Shown: positions 20,440-31,300 of the stretch, in pieces
Numbering within the stretch: position 1 is the first letter of the stretch
How the letters are laid out: each line of letters begins with the position of its first letter
Origin: Anaeroplasma bactoclasticum
GTDB taxonomy: Bacteria; Bacillota_I; Bacilli_A; ML615J-28; CAG-313
Direction: 5' to 3'
NCBI GenBank assembly: GCA_023667245.1
Contig: JAMPAL010000002.1
Coordinates: 20,732 to 84,731 of the forward strand
Length of the DNA stretch: 64,000 bases
Notes under the pieces: generated by a model
Told to the model about the DNA's origin: nothing
Database searches by the model: none
What the model saw: the letters and a program-made list of their open reading frames with translations, nothing else
Position numbers and translations under genes: made by a program

Positions 20440-23280
20440 TCACCTTTTACCTTTATTTTTTTTCATATTTTTAATGATTTCATGTGGCCATTTGAATTTA
20501 AACTTCCGTACTGCAATATCTAGTAAGAAACAAAGGATAGCAATGATAGCAAAGAGATATCGAGGGTCAAATGTACGTCTTAAAACCGTATCAAATGTAT
20601 CAATAATTTCATGAGGATCTTCTAAATCTTCAATGAGTTCTCCATTTCCTATCGTTGCAAAACTATTTAATAATTCACTATAATTTGTATCCTCTTTTAC
20701 TAAGATATCGTACTCTTTAGAATACGCTAGTTCTTTGTAAATGGAATTCGAACCAATTAATTTGCCATCAGCATCATATTTCAATATTTCAATTTCATAT
20801 ACACCTGGTGTCTTAATGATAAATCTTGTTCTCGAATAATGATTATCTTCTGATAGAGCTATTAAAACATAACAATCTGTTTCTCTTAAATTGGCAACAG
20901 AGGTATCTTGAATGGCTTCATTAAGCGATAATGTTTTGCCATTATATTTCATAGTTCCTTCAATTCTTTCACCATTTGCTAAATTGGTATATACACTAAG
21001 TACATTAGAATAATTGTCTTCATTCAAAACCAATTTAATATCATTAGAACGAATATTTTCTGTTGGTGTAATATTAGCAACAACATTTTTCAAAAAGCGT
21101 TCTCCATTTGGATCAGCAATAAAATCGCTTGACCATTCACCATAGACATCGACCATTAAGCTTCCTACTGTACCTTTACCATATTTCCACTGTGCATATA
21201 ATGGCACATTGAAATTTCCACTTAGAATCACTTTTGCGCTAGCACGAGCTTTCACACCATAAAATCCATCTAATTGAACAGTCATTGTATTTGAATTTTC
21301 TGCATCTGTACGTCTTTCTACTCCGTTGAATAGCGTCGATGTAGCATTCGTCATAATAGGATAGAATTCTTCTAGATTGACCTCTTTAATCTCTGGTGCA
21401 TTTAAATCCTCACGCATTTGCGTAACTAATTTTGAATTTTGATCTTTTGGAACAACATGTAGTCTTCCGCCGGTAAGTCTCGTTAATCTTAACATTTTTC
21501 CATATGCAGACTGAGTTTCAATTTCTTCAACAGGAACATTATAATTATTATTGGGAATCGTCATATCCACCCCAACAACTGAAATGGTTATTCCATCTGT
21601 GTCGTGGTAATTCTTAGCATATTCTTCGTATTTACTGATATCACCTTGAGGAACATATCCATCTGAAACAATAATAATGTGCTTTTTATCTACCTCTTTT
21701 AAAGCTCTTAATGCTTGACCAGCGCGATCTATTGCTCCAGGAAAAACTGTTCCACCAGTTGCATCTGTGATGCTTTCAATCGCTGATAAAATCTTGGCTT
21801 CTTGAGTTCTTGGAGTTAATTCTAAAATGGTATTATAATCACTATCTAGAGTCATTAAACCAAAATAATCTCTTTCAGTAAGTGCATTAAGGCAACTCGA
21901 TGCTCCAGCTTTAGCCCAGTCTAATAAACTATTTCCGGTTTCATCTTTTGATGCCATTGAACCAGAAGTATCAATAATAACAATTACTCCAACAGGAGGC
22001 GTATAGTTAATGGCTTGAACGGGTAACATTTGTTGATATAATGAACCAATCATATCACTTCTATTATAAGCATGTGCCTCTCCTGATGAGTCACTTCCAC
22101 CTGTTGTAAATAATCCTCCACCATAATTATAGACATAATCATTTAAGATATCCACAAATTCAGTTGGCAAATCAGCATTGGCAATATTGTTCATAATGAT
22201 TTCATCATACTCGCAAAGTTGTTCTACTTTTGTAGGCAAAAGATCATCATAAACATTGAGAATATCTACTTTAAAAGCATCTTCATTTTTCAAAATTGAG
22301 GCCAACATCTCTGACTGTCCACTTTCTTGTTCAATAATTAATACTTTATTGTATACATCTAAATAGAAATAGGAAATATATTCATTATTTTCTTCAACTG
22401 TATCTTTTAAATTCAAAATTTCAAAACTTAGTTCATGTAATCCTTGTGATGTATAAATATGTTTAAAGGAAACTGTTTGAACCCCTGGATGTAATTCAAC
22501 AACGACTTCCCCATATTCTCCACATATACTATTATCATATAATTTAATTGAGACACTTTCTTCATAAGAACTATAAATGTCTACATTAATTGTACATTCT
22601 TCATTCACACCTACATGATAATCTGGCAAACTAACACCTATGATTTGCACTTCATCTGTATCTACATAACTAGATTCGATATGAACAGTATCAATTTTAA
22701 TACCTGTTGCGGCAATCTGCTTGATAACTGATTTAGCATTTTCATCTGTTTCTTTTCCGTCTGTTACCAAGACAATTTTTCCGCTTTCTGAATTAGTAAA
22801 TAAGTCTTTTGTGTACAATAATGCTGCAGCAATATTGGTTGCAGACGTATCTGGTAAGGCTGCTTCTTTATACCGATTATAAATATTTTTATAATCCCTA
22901 GTCAAAGGAACTGCATATTCTTGATCATATCCAAAGGTGACAACACCTATTTTAAAATTATCAAATTTACATTGATTAATGACTGTATTTACAAAATCAT
23001 CTCGCTTTTTAGATGCCTGATTTTCTGTATTGGAAACGTCCACAACTAAAATAATTTCATTGCTTGAATTCGCAGATGTTCTAACAAAAGTCATACCGGA
23101 TAAAATACATATCACTAATAAAGATACAATGCTATGTAAAACCATTGATGTAATTCTATTTCGTGTTTTTCGATATCTTTTTGATATTCTAAAATAGGGG
23201 AAAATGGTAAAAGCAATAAATAAAATTAATAGTAATAAATACCAAGGACGTGAAAAATTAATATATATACTAAGCATCAT
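20440..23280 (-). CDS. Membrane-anchored double VWA-domain protein (BatB-like, 946 aa) with a GATase1-like middle domain
   Basis: N-terminal TM helices with a BatA-N-like start. VWA 1 is LVVDVSNT and VWA 2 has a perfect MIDAS motif VIIDTSGSMAS. A C-terminal TM helix (FAIIAILCFLLDIAV) is present. Confidence 0.85.
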   Translation of the reverse strand: MMLSIYINFSRPWYLLLLILFIAFTIFPYFRISKRYRKTRNRITSMVLHSIVSLLVICILSGMTFVRTSANSSNEIILVVDVSNTENQASKKRDDFVNTVINQCKFDNFKIGVVTFGYDQEYAVPLTRDYKNIYNRYKEAALPDTSATNIAAALLYTKDLFTNSESGKIVLVTDGKETDENAKSVIKQIAATGIKIDTVHIESSYVDTDEVQIIGVSLPDYHVGVNEECTINVDIYSSYEESVSIKLYDNSICGEYGEVVVELHPGVQTVSFKHIYTSQGLHELSFEILNLKDTVEENNEYISYFYLDVYNKVLIIEQESGQSEMLASILKNEDAFKVDILNVYDDLLPTKVEQLCEYDEIIMNNIANADLPTEFVDILNDYVYNYGGGLFTTGGSDSSGEAHAYNRSDMIGSLYQQMLPVQAINYTPPVGVIVIIDTSGSMASKDETGNSLLDWAKAGASSCLNALTERDYFGLMTLDSDYNTILELTPRTQEAKILSAIESITDATGGTVFPGAIDRAGQALRALKEVDKKHIIIVSDGYVPQGDISKYEEYAKNYHDTDGITISVVGVDMTIPNNNYNVPVEEIETQSAYGKMLRLTRLTGGRLHVVPKDQNSKLVTQMREDLNAPEIKEVNLEEFYPIMTNATSTLFNGVERRTDAENSNTMTVQLDGFYGVKARASAKVILSGNFNVPLYAQWKYGKGTVGSLMVDVYGEWSSDFIADPNGERFLKNVVANITPTENIRSNDIKLVLNEDNYSNVLSVYTNLANGERIEGTMKYNGKTLSLNEAIQDTSVANLRETDCYVLIALSEDNHYSRTRFIIKTPGVYEIEILKYDADGKLIGSNSIYKELAYSKEYDILVKEDTNYSELLNSFATIGNGELIEDLEDPHEIIDTFDTVLRRTFDPRYLFAIIAILCFLLDIAVRKFKFKWPHEIIKNMKKNKGKR

Positions 23281-23289
23281 ATTATCACC

Positions 23290-25245
23290 TTAAATCGTGT
23301 CCTTTCCCTTTAAAATCCATTCAATAAATACTAGTGCGCTCAGTCCAATAGCTACCCAGAATAATAAATCTTTGGTAAGTGTTAATTCACTTGTGCCATT
23401 AATTGGATTCACAATTGTGTCTAATTCATTAAAAATATTGGATTCACTATTTGGAATCTTTGCATATACTTGCTCTTTTATTGTATTTCCAAAATATGTT
23501 GTTTGTGTAATTGTATAAGTACCTGGTAAATTTAAAGATATAGTATTTGGAAATGTATTCAAAATAATCTCTTCTCCATATCCCTCAACAATAATTTCAT
23601 CACTTCTACTTCGAATAGATACTTTGTCATTCACTTCAAAAGAATTTCCGTCAATAGTGGCCGGTAAAAAGTAATCAAATATATTAAACATAAATATAGG
23701 AAATTCATTAATAATTGGCATATTAGAATAGTGCAAACTAAATAACATCACAACTGATTTAATATTTTCTTCATCCTTCACTAATAAAACAGGATGTTCA
23801 TCACAACTCATTAACGTTTGATACCCCTCATCATATGTAAGGAGTGTCATAATTCTTGAAACTGTAATATTATCAGCAACCATATTTTTAGTTAATAAAT
23901 GTGCAGCTTCCTCTGTTAATGGTAAATTGCTTTGATTATATAATTTATTATTACCAATTCTAAATCCTGATCCAGCCACATCCAATTGTGGATCGGCATA
24001 AATAACTACACCATCAGTAGGTGCTGTTGCTAGCATCATTTCATGCTCATAAATATATAAATCATAACCCGAATTAGGTAAATCTCCCTTTTTTACTTCT
24101 GTAATTTGAATGTTAAAACGATCTTGCAATGCATTCTTTAATACGAATAAAATACCATTGAAAAAGCTATTGGCATTAGATGAAGCATAAAGTACATGAA
24201 TGACCTCTTTTGTTCCTCCATAAATATCAAATGTATTATCTTCATAGAAACAATCATCCGCATCGATACCCAAATGAATAGAATCATATGAGAAGATTTT
24301 TTCATTTTCTGGGATTTGATAATAGATGGTATTTTCATCATCAGGCAAATTGGATAAATCTACATCACTATTGATAAATACTATTTGGATAGTTTTATCA
24401 TTGTTTAGATCAATTCCTTGAACAAATTGAAAATCAACTCCACTAGGAGAAGATTCTGTCGCATTCGCACCATAAACATCAAGCGTTAAATCAACTGATA
24501 CATCTCTACCATAACAAGCTACTTTGACTACATATGAATAATAATTGTCGATGATTTCTGCATATGCATCAAGAATTGCAATATTAAACTCACCAGATTG
24601 TTGTACGTTAATCACTTCTAATCCTTCTGTTACATAATTTACTGTAGAATCCGTATATACAAAAATCAAAGCATTGGGATTTTCATTTATGATATCTTGA
24701 CATAAACCTGTTGCATCATCCAAACTGGAACTACCATATGTACATTGTTGTTGTTCTTTCATTTCATTTAAAGTTTCTTCAACATCCCATCTCGAACTTG
24801 CATTTAATCTTTCAGCAACAAAATATGGTTCATGAGAAGCCACAACAATTGAAACAATTCCATCTGTATCAAATGTTTGTTTTGCTTTTTGTTTGACTAA
24901 TTCAATTGCTCTTTCAAATCTTGTCGTCTCTTCATATTTTGTTCTCATACTTGCTGAAGCATCAAGAATAAGAATAACTTCATTATCTATTTTTGCACCA
25001 GTTACTTTTACTGGTTTCACTAAAACTACCGATAATAATGTTAAAATTAATACTTGACAGATAATAAGTAAGAGATTTCTTAATTTATTAATTGGTAATT
25101 TTTTCTTTTTATATTTTAAACTCAATTTCCATACATAAGTACTCGAAACAAATTTTTGTTGGAAATTCGGCTTTAAAATATAAATCAACAATAGCACTAT
25201 AAGGCTCGCTAGCGATAATAGTGCCCATGGATTTAATATTGTCAT
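23290..25245 (-). CDS. BatA-like membrane-anchored VWA-domain protein (651 aa)
   Basis: Aerotolerance-regulator-type N terminus (MTILNPWALLSLASLIVLLLIYILK), MIDAS motif ILILDASASMRT, and a C-terminal TM helix. Confidence 0.85.
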   Translation of the reverse strand: MTILNPWALLSLASLIVLLLIYILKPNFQQKFVSSTYVWKLSLKYKKKKLPINKLRNLLLIICQVLILTLLSVVLVKPVKVTGAKIDNEVILILDASASMRTKYEETTRFERAIELVKQKAKQTFDTDGIVSIVVASHEPYFVAERLNASSRWDVEETLNEMKEQQQCTYGSSSLDDATGLCQDIINENPNALIFVYTDSTVNYVTEGLEVINVQQSGEFNIAILDAYAEIIDNYYSYVVKVACYGRDVSVDLTLDVYGANATESSPSGVDFQFVQGIDLNNDKTIQIVFINSDVDLSNLPDDENTIYYQIPENEKIFSYDSIHLGIDADDCFYEDNTFDIYGGTKEVIHVLYASSNANSFFNGILFVLKNALQDRFNIQITEVKKGDLPNSGYDLYIYEHEMMLATAPTDGVVIYADPQLDVAGSGFRIGNNKLYNQSNLPLTEEAAHLLTKNMVADNITVSRIMTLLTYDEGYQTLMSCDEHPVLLVKDEENIKSVVMLFSLHYSNMPIINEFPIFMFNIFDYFLPATIDGNSFEVNDKVSIRSRSDEIIVEGYGEEIILNTFPNTISLNLPGTYTITQTTYFGNTIKEQVYAKIPNSESNIFNELDTIVNPINGTSELTLTKDLLFWVAIGLSALVFIEWILKGKDTI

Positions 25246-26141
25246 GACATCAATCCCACCTTCAATAATTCTTTAAATAATACACTTTCCACTGGTGTAC
25301 TTGTATTAACAGTAATATAATCTACATCCCTTTTTTTGCAAAAATCACTAATACTTTTTTTGAAATCAGCTAGTGCTTCACTATATGCTTGTTGCATAGC
25401 AGCATTAATTCTAATTTTCATATTCTTGGTATCGGCAATATCTATTGATTCTGAATCTACTAGGTTAACACGTCCAATATATGCTGGATCTTCTTCTTCT
25501 GGCGTAAGTATTTGTAACAATAATACTTGACGTTTCTTATATTTTAAATAATCAACCGCTTTTTTCCAATCTGTATCCGTCATAAAATCAGATATGATAA
25601 CCGCAATACCATTGGCGGTTCCATCATCATTGCAGTTTAAAACACATTTTTCTATATCCACTTCATCTTCAAATTGTAACTCTTCTAATGTTTGTAGCGA
25701 TTTAAAAAATTGGTTTTTACCTATAATTGTTCCATTTACATTTTCACACGTGTTGCCATGCATAATATTAAATGAAACCTTATCCATATTATGAATCGCT
25801 AAATAACCAATACCAGCTGCACATGCTACTGCATAAGCGGCTTTTTTGGGATTATCTTTACCCATAGACGCAGAAGTATCTAGAAAGATTTGAACCTTCA
25901 TTTGTCTTTCGTCAGTAAAAAGTTTGATGAAGAATTTTTCAAACCGACTGTATAGATTCCAGTCGATTCGTCTAATATCATCACCAAGCTGATACTCACG
26001 ATAATCGGCAAATTCGACGGTTTGCCCATAGGATTTAACTAGATGCTTACCGCCGAAATAGCCTGATAAATAGGATTTTAAATTAAAAGATAATGATTCA
26101 AGACGACTAAAAAATTCGTCATTTAAATATGATATTTGCAT
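25242..26141 (-). CDS. DUF58 domain protein (MoxR-system partner)
   Basis: Hallmark motif REYQLGDDIRRIDWN followed by FLDTSASMG. There is a 4-nt overlap with the downstream VWA gene. Confidence 0.9.
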   Translation of the reverse strand: MQISYLNDEFFSRLESLSFNLKSYLSGYFGGKHLVKSYGQTVEFADYREYQLGDDIRRIDWNLYSRFEKFFIKLFTDERQMKVQIFLDTSASMGKDNPKKAAYAVACAAGIGYLAIHNMDKVSFNIMHGNTCENVNGTIIGKNQFFKSLQTLEELQFEDEVDIEKCVLNCNDDGTANGIAVIISDFMTDTDWKKAVDYLKYKKRQVLLLQILTPEEEDPAYIGRVNLVDSESIDIADTKNMKIRINAAMQQAYSEALADFKKSISDFCKKRDVDYITVNTSTPVESVLFKELLKVGLMS

Positions 26142-26230
26142 AATGTTACCTAATTTCTAACTATTTTTAAAATAGTTGTGTATTTTGGTGAAATTTACTT
26201 AAAGAAATTTCGAATAATTGTTATCAATTT

Positions 26231-27232
26231 TTATTTAATTTTATATTTTTTTCTTACTTCTTCCACAATTGACATAACAATTTCATCTGCTGAAACACGT
26301 TCTGCAATAGCTTCAAAGTTGAGTTTAATTCTGTGACGAAGAATTAAACAAGCTAATTCATCAATGTCTTCATAAGCTACATTGTAACGTCCTTTGATTA
26401 AAGCCTTTACTTTTGCAGCCGAGATAAACGCTTGACCTGCTCTTGGACTAGCTCCAAGTCTTAAATATTTTTTGGCTGTTTCACTTGCATATTCACCAGT
26501 TGGGTGAGTTGCAGCAACAATAGTCATTGCATATACCAATACATCATCCGCAACAGGAATACTATTAGCAGTCTCTCTCATTTGTAATAGTTCTTCACTT
26601 GAACATACGGTTTCAGATTGCTCTGCCATTGTAACTTGTGTCAATTGAACGATTTTCATCAAATCTTCTAGTCCGGGATTTGGAACCAAAATCTTGAACA
26701 TAAACCGGTCCATTTGTGCTTCTGGCAGTGGATATGTACCATCTTGTTCAATTGGGTTTTGAGTCGCAAGTACAAAGAATGGTTCATTCAATTGTCTTGT
26801 GACACCCATAACTGTAACTTTATGTTCTTGCATGGCTTCTAATAAAGCAGATTGTGTCTTTGGAGTTGCACGGTTGATTTCATCAGCAAGAATAATATTA
26901 CTAAAAATTGGACCTTCTTTAAATTCAAATGTATTTTTGCCATTTTCATCTTTCATTACCATATTTGTACCTGTTACATCTGTAGGCATTAAATCTGGTG
27001 TAAATTGGATTCTTGAAAAAGGCATACCAAATACTCTTCCAAGTGTTCTAACTAAACGAGTTTTACCTACTCCAGGAACACCTTCTAAAAGAACATTACC
27101 TCCTGCAACCATAGCAATGATGGTTCCTTCCACAACTTCATTTTGACCAATCACGTCAATTGAAACTTGGTCGAAAATTTCTTTAATTTTTATACTAAAA
27201 TCATTTATATTTTTTTCATTTATCATATTCAT
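26231..27232 (-). CDS. MoxR-family AAA+ ATPase
   Basis: Walker A GVPGVGKT, Walker B ILADEINR, and ATQNPIEQDGTYPLPEAQMDRF are classical MoxR (AAA_3) signatures. Confidence 0.95.
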   Translation of the reverse strand: MNMINEKNINDFSIKIKEIFDQVSIDVIGQNEVVEGTIIAMVAGGNVLLEGVPGVGKTRLVRTLGRVFGMPFSRIQFTPDLMPTDVTGTNMVMKDENGKNTFEFKEGPIFSNIILADEINRATPKTQSALLEAMQEHKVTVMGVTRQLNEPFFVLATQNPIEQDGTYPLPEAQMDRFMFKILVPNPGLEDLMKIVQLTQVTMAEQSETVCSSEELLQMRETANSIPVADDVLVYAMTIVAATHPTGEYASETAKKYLRLGASPRAGQAFISAAKVKALIKGRYNVAYEDIDELACLILRHRIKLNFEAIAERVSADEIVMSIVEEVRKKYKIK

Positions 27233-27255
27233 ATTTTCCTATTTTCGTTTATTTA

Positions 27256-28308
27256 TTATTTTTCAATTGTTGAATAGTAATCACCAATAATGTCTTTTAA
27301 ACCATCAGACATATTACTATCTTGTTGTAAGTTATCCATTGCATCAGAATATGCATTATCAAATGTTGTATCACCATAATAAGTTTGGCCATCAATCACT
27401 TGATTGTTTTCTTCGTATTTTCCCCCTGCTCCTGATTCACCTTCTCCAGGTTTTTCTCCCGGTTTAGGTTGTTCTTGTTCTGATGGAGGAGTAGGTTTAT
27501 CGTCTTGTGTTGGTTCATCACCTGGTTCACCATCTTCGCCATCTAGTTCTTCTACTTCAACAAACTGAGCACAAATCACTAAATTTGCCTTTACATTTTC
27601 ATCTATACGATATGGATCTGATTCATTAGCAGTAGATGTATAAGTTGATGGAGATACAATTACCCATCCATTAAATGCCCATCCTTCTTCTGGTACAGCA
27701 ACTACTGGTGTTGTACTTTTACCTTCAACAACTACTTGAAAAATATCTCCTTCAATGAATCCTTCACCCATAGTATCATATGTTACTTCATATTCTACCA
27801 CTTTGCTTGGCACAAGTGTCTCACCCCCAGGCTTAATGACATCATTTGATGACAATGCAGCAAGAATTGTTGTAGTTGCACTAGATAAAATGCTTACAAA
27901 AAGTAATACAATAATAAGAACTGGTGTAACTAATTTTACTAATTTCTTGTTTACCTTATTGATATGTTCAATCGCATTACCACGTTGGATTTTTGCCATT
28001 AATGAATTATCATTTTGATATTGATACATAGTTACAACTCTTTGTTGTAATCCTAATTCATCCAATTTTTTTGATAATTTTCTATCGGTTGGCTTTAGTC
28101 TAGAAAAGGCAATAAGGAAAATGGTTACTTCAAGTACTCCAAATGCGATTAATGCAATCCAAAATTGTTTTACATCAACCATCCAAAATACAAAAGAAAC
28201 GATGAACAATACAGAGCAGCTGATTAAAGTTGCTAAAATCAAAGACTTTAAAATAGCACTTTTTAAATACTCTTTGTACAAGGGACTAAAATCTTTTTTA
28301 AAATTCAT
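27256..28308 (-). CDS. Three-TM membrane protein with an extracytoplasmic Flg_new-like repeat and an acidic Pro/Glu-rich tract
   Basis: Three hydrophobic helices, the repeat signature EEGWAFNGWV, and the low-complexity tract EELDGEDGEPGDEPTQDDKPTPPSEQEQPKPGEKPGEGESG. It lies 23 nt upstream of the MoxR gene. Confidence 0.8.
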   Translation of the reverse strand: MNFKKDFSPLYKEYLKSAILKSLILATLISCSVLFIVSFVFWMVDVKQFWIALIAFGVLEVTIFLIAFSRLKPTDRKLSKKLDELGLQQRVVTMYQYQNDNSLMAKIQRGNAIEHINKVNKKLVKLVTPVLIIVLLFVSILSSATTTILAALSSNDVIKPGGETLVPSKVVEYEVTYDTMGEGFIEGDIFQVVVEGKSTTPVVAVPEEGWAFNGWVIVSPSTYTSTANESDPYRIDENVKANLVICAQFVEVEELDGEDGEPGDEPTQDDKPTPPSEQEQPKPGEKPGEGESGAGGKYEENNQVIDGQTYYGDTTFDNAYSDAMDNLQQDSNMSDGLKDIIGDYYSTIEK

Positions 28309-28337
28309 ATTTTTTTCCTCTCTTTCTAATCAATTAT

Positions 28338-28364
28338 TCTCTAAAGGGATAATCCCTTTAGAGA
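28338..28364 (-). promoter_or_regulatory. Perfect 12-bp stem / 3-nt loop hairpin in the gap between the giant gene and the next gene (no U-tract)
   Basis: tctctaaaggga (28338-28349) pairs with tccctttagaga (28353-28364). No T-run follows on the minus strand. The RBS-like AGAGAGGAAAAA lies further downstream, before the ATG at 28308. Confidence 0.5.
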
Positions 28365-28396
28365 AAACTGATTCATTTTAATGAAATTATTTATTT

Positions 28397-31300
28397 TTAC
28401 TTTGAACTTTCATTATATTCAAATACAAATTCAGCATCAGTACCTGTCCAATAACCTTTAAAGGTTGAACTAGACACGATTTCATACCAATAACCAGTTA
28501 TATCATATAAAGAAGCAACAACACATACTTTTTGATCACTCGTCCATCCAGCGAATGCACTATCACCAACTGTGATACAATTTTCATAAATAACGATAGA
28601 TTTTATCTTGTTACAATTTTGGAATGTGCCACTACCAATAGATTGAAGTGATTGTGGAAGTGTAATTGTTTCTAAATTTACGCAATTTTTAAATACATTA
28701 CCTGTAGGATTACCACCTGTACTAATTGTACCTAATGTTTCAAGTCCTTCATTTAATACAACAGAAACAAGATTTGCACAATCAAGGAATGCTGAACCAA
28801 AAATATTTTTTACTTTTGAAGGAATTTGAACTGAAGTTAAACCCGTATTTGCGAATGCAGCTGTTTGAATAGTCACAAGTTCATCAGGTAATTTGATTTG
28901 TGTTAAACTTGTACAGTTTTGGAATGCATATGTACCAATTTCAGTGATACCATTAGGCAAATCAATTGTTGAAAGTGATGTGCAATTAGCAAAAGCATAA
29001 TTTGGAATCTTTGTAATATGTTGAGACATTTGTACAGATTCAAGAGCAGTACATCCATTAAACATATTATTATTCAACACATTGCATAAAATAGTTGCAT
29101 TCTTTAATGTTGTGACATCTTTACATATATTTAAGCCCACTCTTGTAACCGTTGAAGGAATAGTAATAGATGTAATTGCGGTTCCAACAAATGCACTATC
29201 ACAAATTGTTTCCAAACCTTCATTTAAGATAACTGAAGTTAGATTTTCACAGTCTTTAAATACTGATCCACTTGATGTTGAAGTTGAACTATACGTACCT
29301 AAACATTCTACACTTCCTGGAATAACAATACTAGTTAAACCTGATAATGTAAATGCATTACTTTCTATTTTTAATAATTTATCGCTTAGTGCAATTGTGC
29401 TCAAATTTTTACAATTCTTAAATGCATTAGATGCAATAGACACAATATTTTCACTATTTTCTATAGTTTGAACCGTACTATTTTCAAACGCGTTACTACC
29501 AACAGCAACTTCTTCTGCGCCCAATACTACAGTATCAATGTTTGTATTCGCAAATAAAGAGGTTGGAAGTGTAGATAAACCAGATCCTAGCACCACCTTA
29601 GTAGCTGCTAATCCATATAGTGCATAATTTGGTAAAGTTGTTAATGTATCAGGTAGTGTTAATGTACCTAATGTGACACCATTTAATGCATAACTTGCAA
29701 TATTTACTCCCTCAGGTAGTATGTAATCACCGCTTAAATTGAATACTGAAACAACAGTAGTTGTTGCGATTTCTACAATAGCCTTATTATCATATACCAT
29801 ATAAGTTGTATTTGCGCCATCAATTGAAAGTGTTGCAAGATTTGGACAAGCATTGAATACGGCTTTACCCAATTTAGCAACCTTACTAGGCACATTGATA
29901 TTTTCTATTCCTGATCCAAAGAATGCATAATCACCCAATTCTGTTACTGTTTCAGGAATAGTAATACTCTTTAATGCTGTACAATTTCTAAATGCATATC
30001 CATAAATGTGTGTAATAGCACCTAAGAATTTTACGTTTTCAAGTGCAGTACAACCGTCAAATACATAACCAGCTGTCGTACTAGAACCAATCTTAGTTGT
30101 TTTGTTTGGAATCTCAACTGTTTTTAAAGATACGCAATTTTGGAACGTGTAGTTTGGTAGTATTGCAATATTTGGTAATACTGCAGTAGCTAAGTTTGCA
30201 CAATCTTTCAATGCAGCCGTTCCCATTGTAGTTACTTTAGACAAATCAATTGATTCAAGTCCACTATTTTGGAAGGCATAACTACCAATTGAAGTACAGG
30301 TACTTGGAAGAGTAATACTCTTTAATGATGTACAATTTTTAAATACATAAGCACCAATATAAGTTGCCTTACCTAAAATTTCAACTTCTGCTAGTGATGT
30401 ACAACCATCAAATGTATATGCACTTGCAGAATAAGTAGTGCCGCCAATTTTAACCAAAGAAGCAGGTAATGTAATTTTTTCTAGTCCTGTACAATTTTGG
30501 AACGCATATGTACCAAGCGTTGTTAATTTTGCAGGAAGAGTTACATTAGTTAAATTTTCACAATTTTGGAATGCATAATTACCAATGGTTGTATTGTCAT
30601 CTGCAATAATAACGTCAGTTAAATTTGAACATCCTTTAAACATATATGTACCAAATGATTTTAGTGTGCCTTCAATATTAGCAGAAACAAGAGATTGGCA
30701 ATCGGCGAATGCATAGTTGCCAAGGGTTGTTACTGTTGATGGCACAACTACTTTTTCAAGTCCACTATTTTGGAAAGCATATGCTGCAATTGTAGTTAAA
30801 GCGGTAGGGAATGTAAGTGATCGAAGCGATGTACAACCTCTAAATGCATATTGACCAATAATTTCTACTTTATCACCTAAGAAAGTTACACTTTCGAGTG
30901 CAGTACAACCATCAAATGCATATGAAGATGCGGTAGCTGATTTACTAGCACCAATATACGTAATACCTTCTGGAATTTCAATTGATTCTAATGAAGTGCA
31001 TCCTTGGAATGTATAATTTCCAAATGTAGTCAATGTAGAAGGTAACTTCACTGTTTTTAGACTTGTACAACCTTTAAATGCATATCCACCAAGAATTGTT
31101 AAGCCTTCTGGAAGATTTACTGTAGTTAATGCTGTACAATTGGTAAACAATTGATTGGCAAATGTTTTAATTGTAGTTGGAAGTGTAGCCTCCGTTAATG
31201 AATAACACTCTGTAAATACATAAGTACCAAACTGAGTAACGCCTTCTGGAATTGTAACTGTTTCAAGTCCTGAACTTCTAAATGCATAATTCATAATCTT

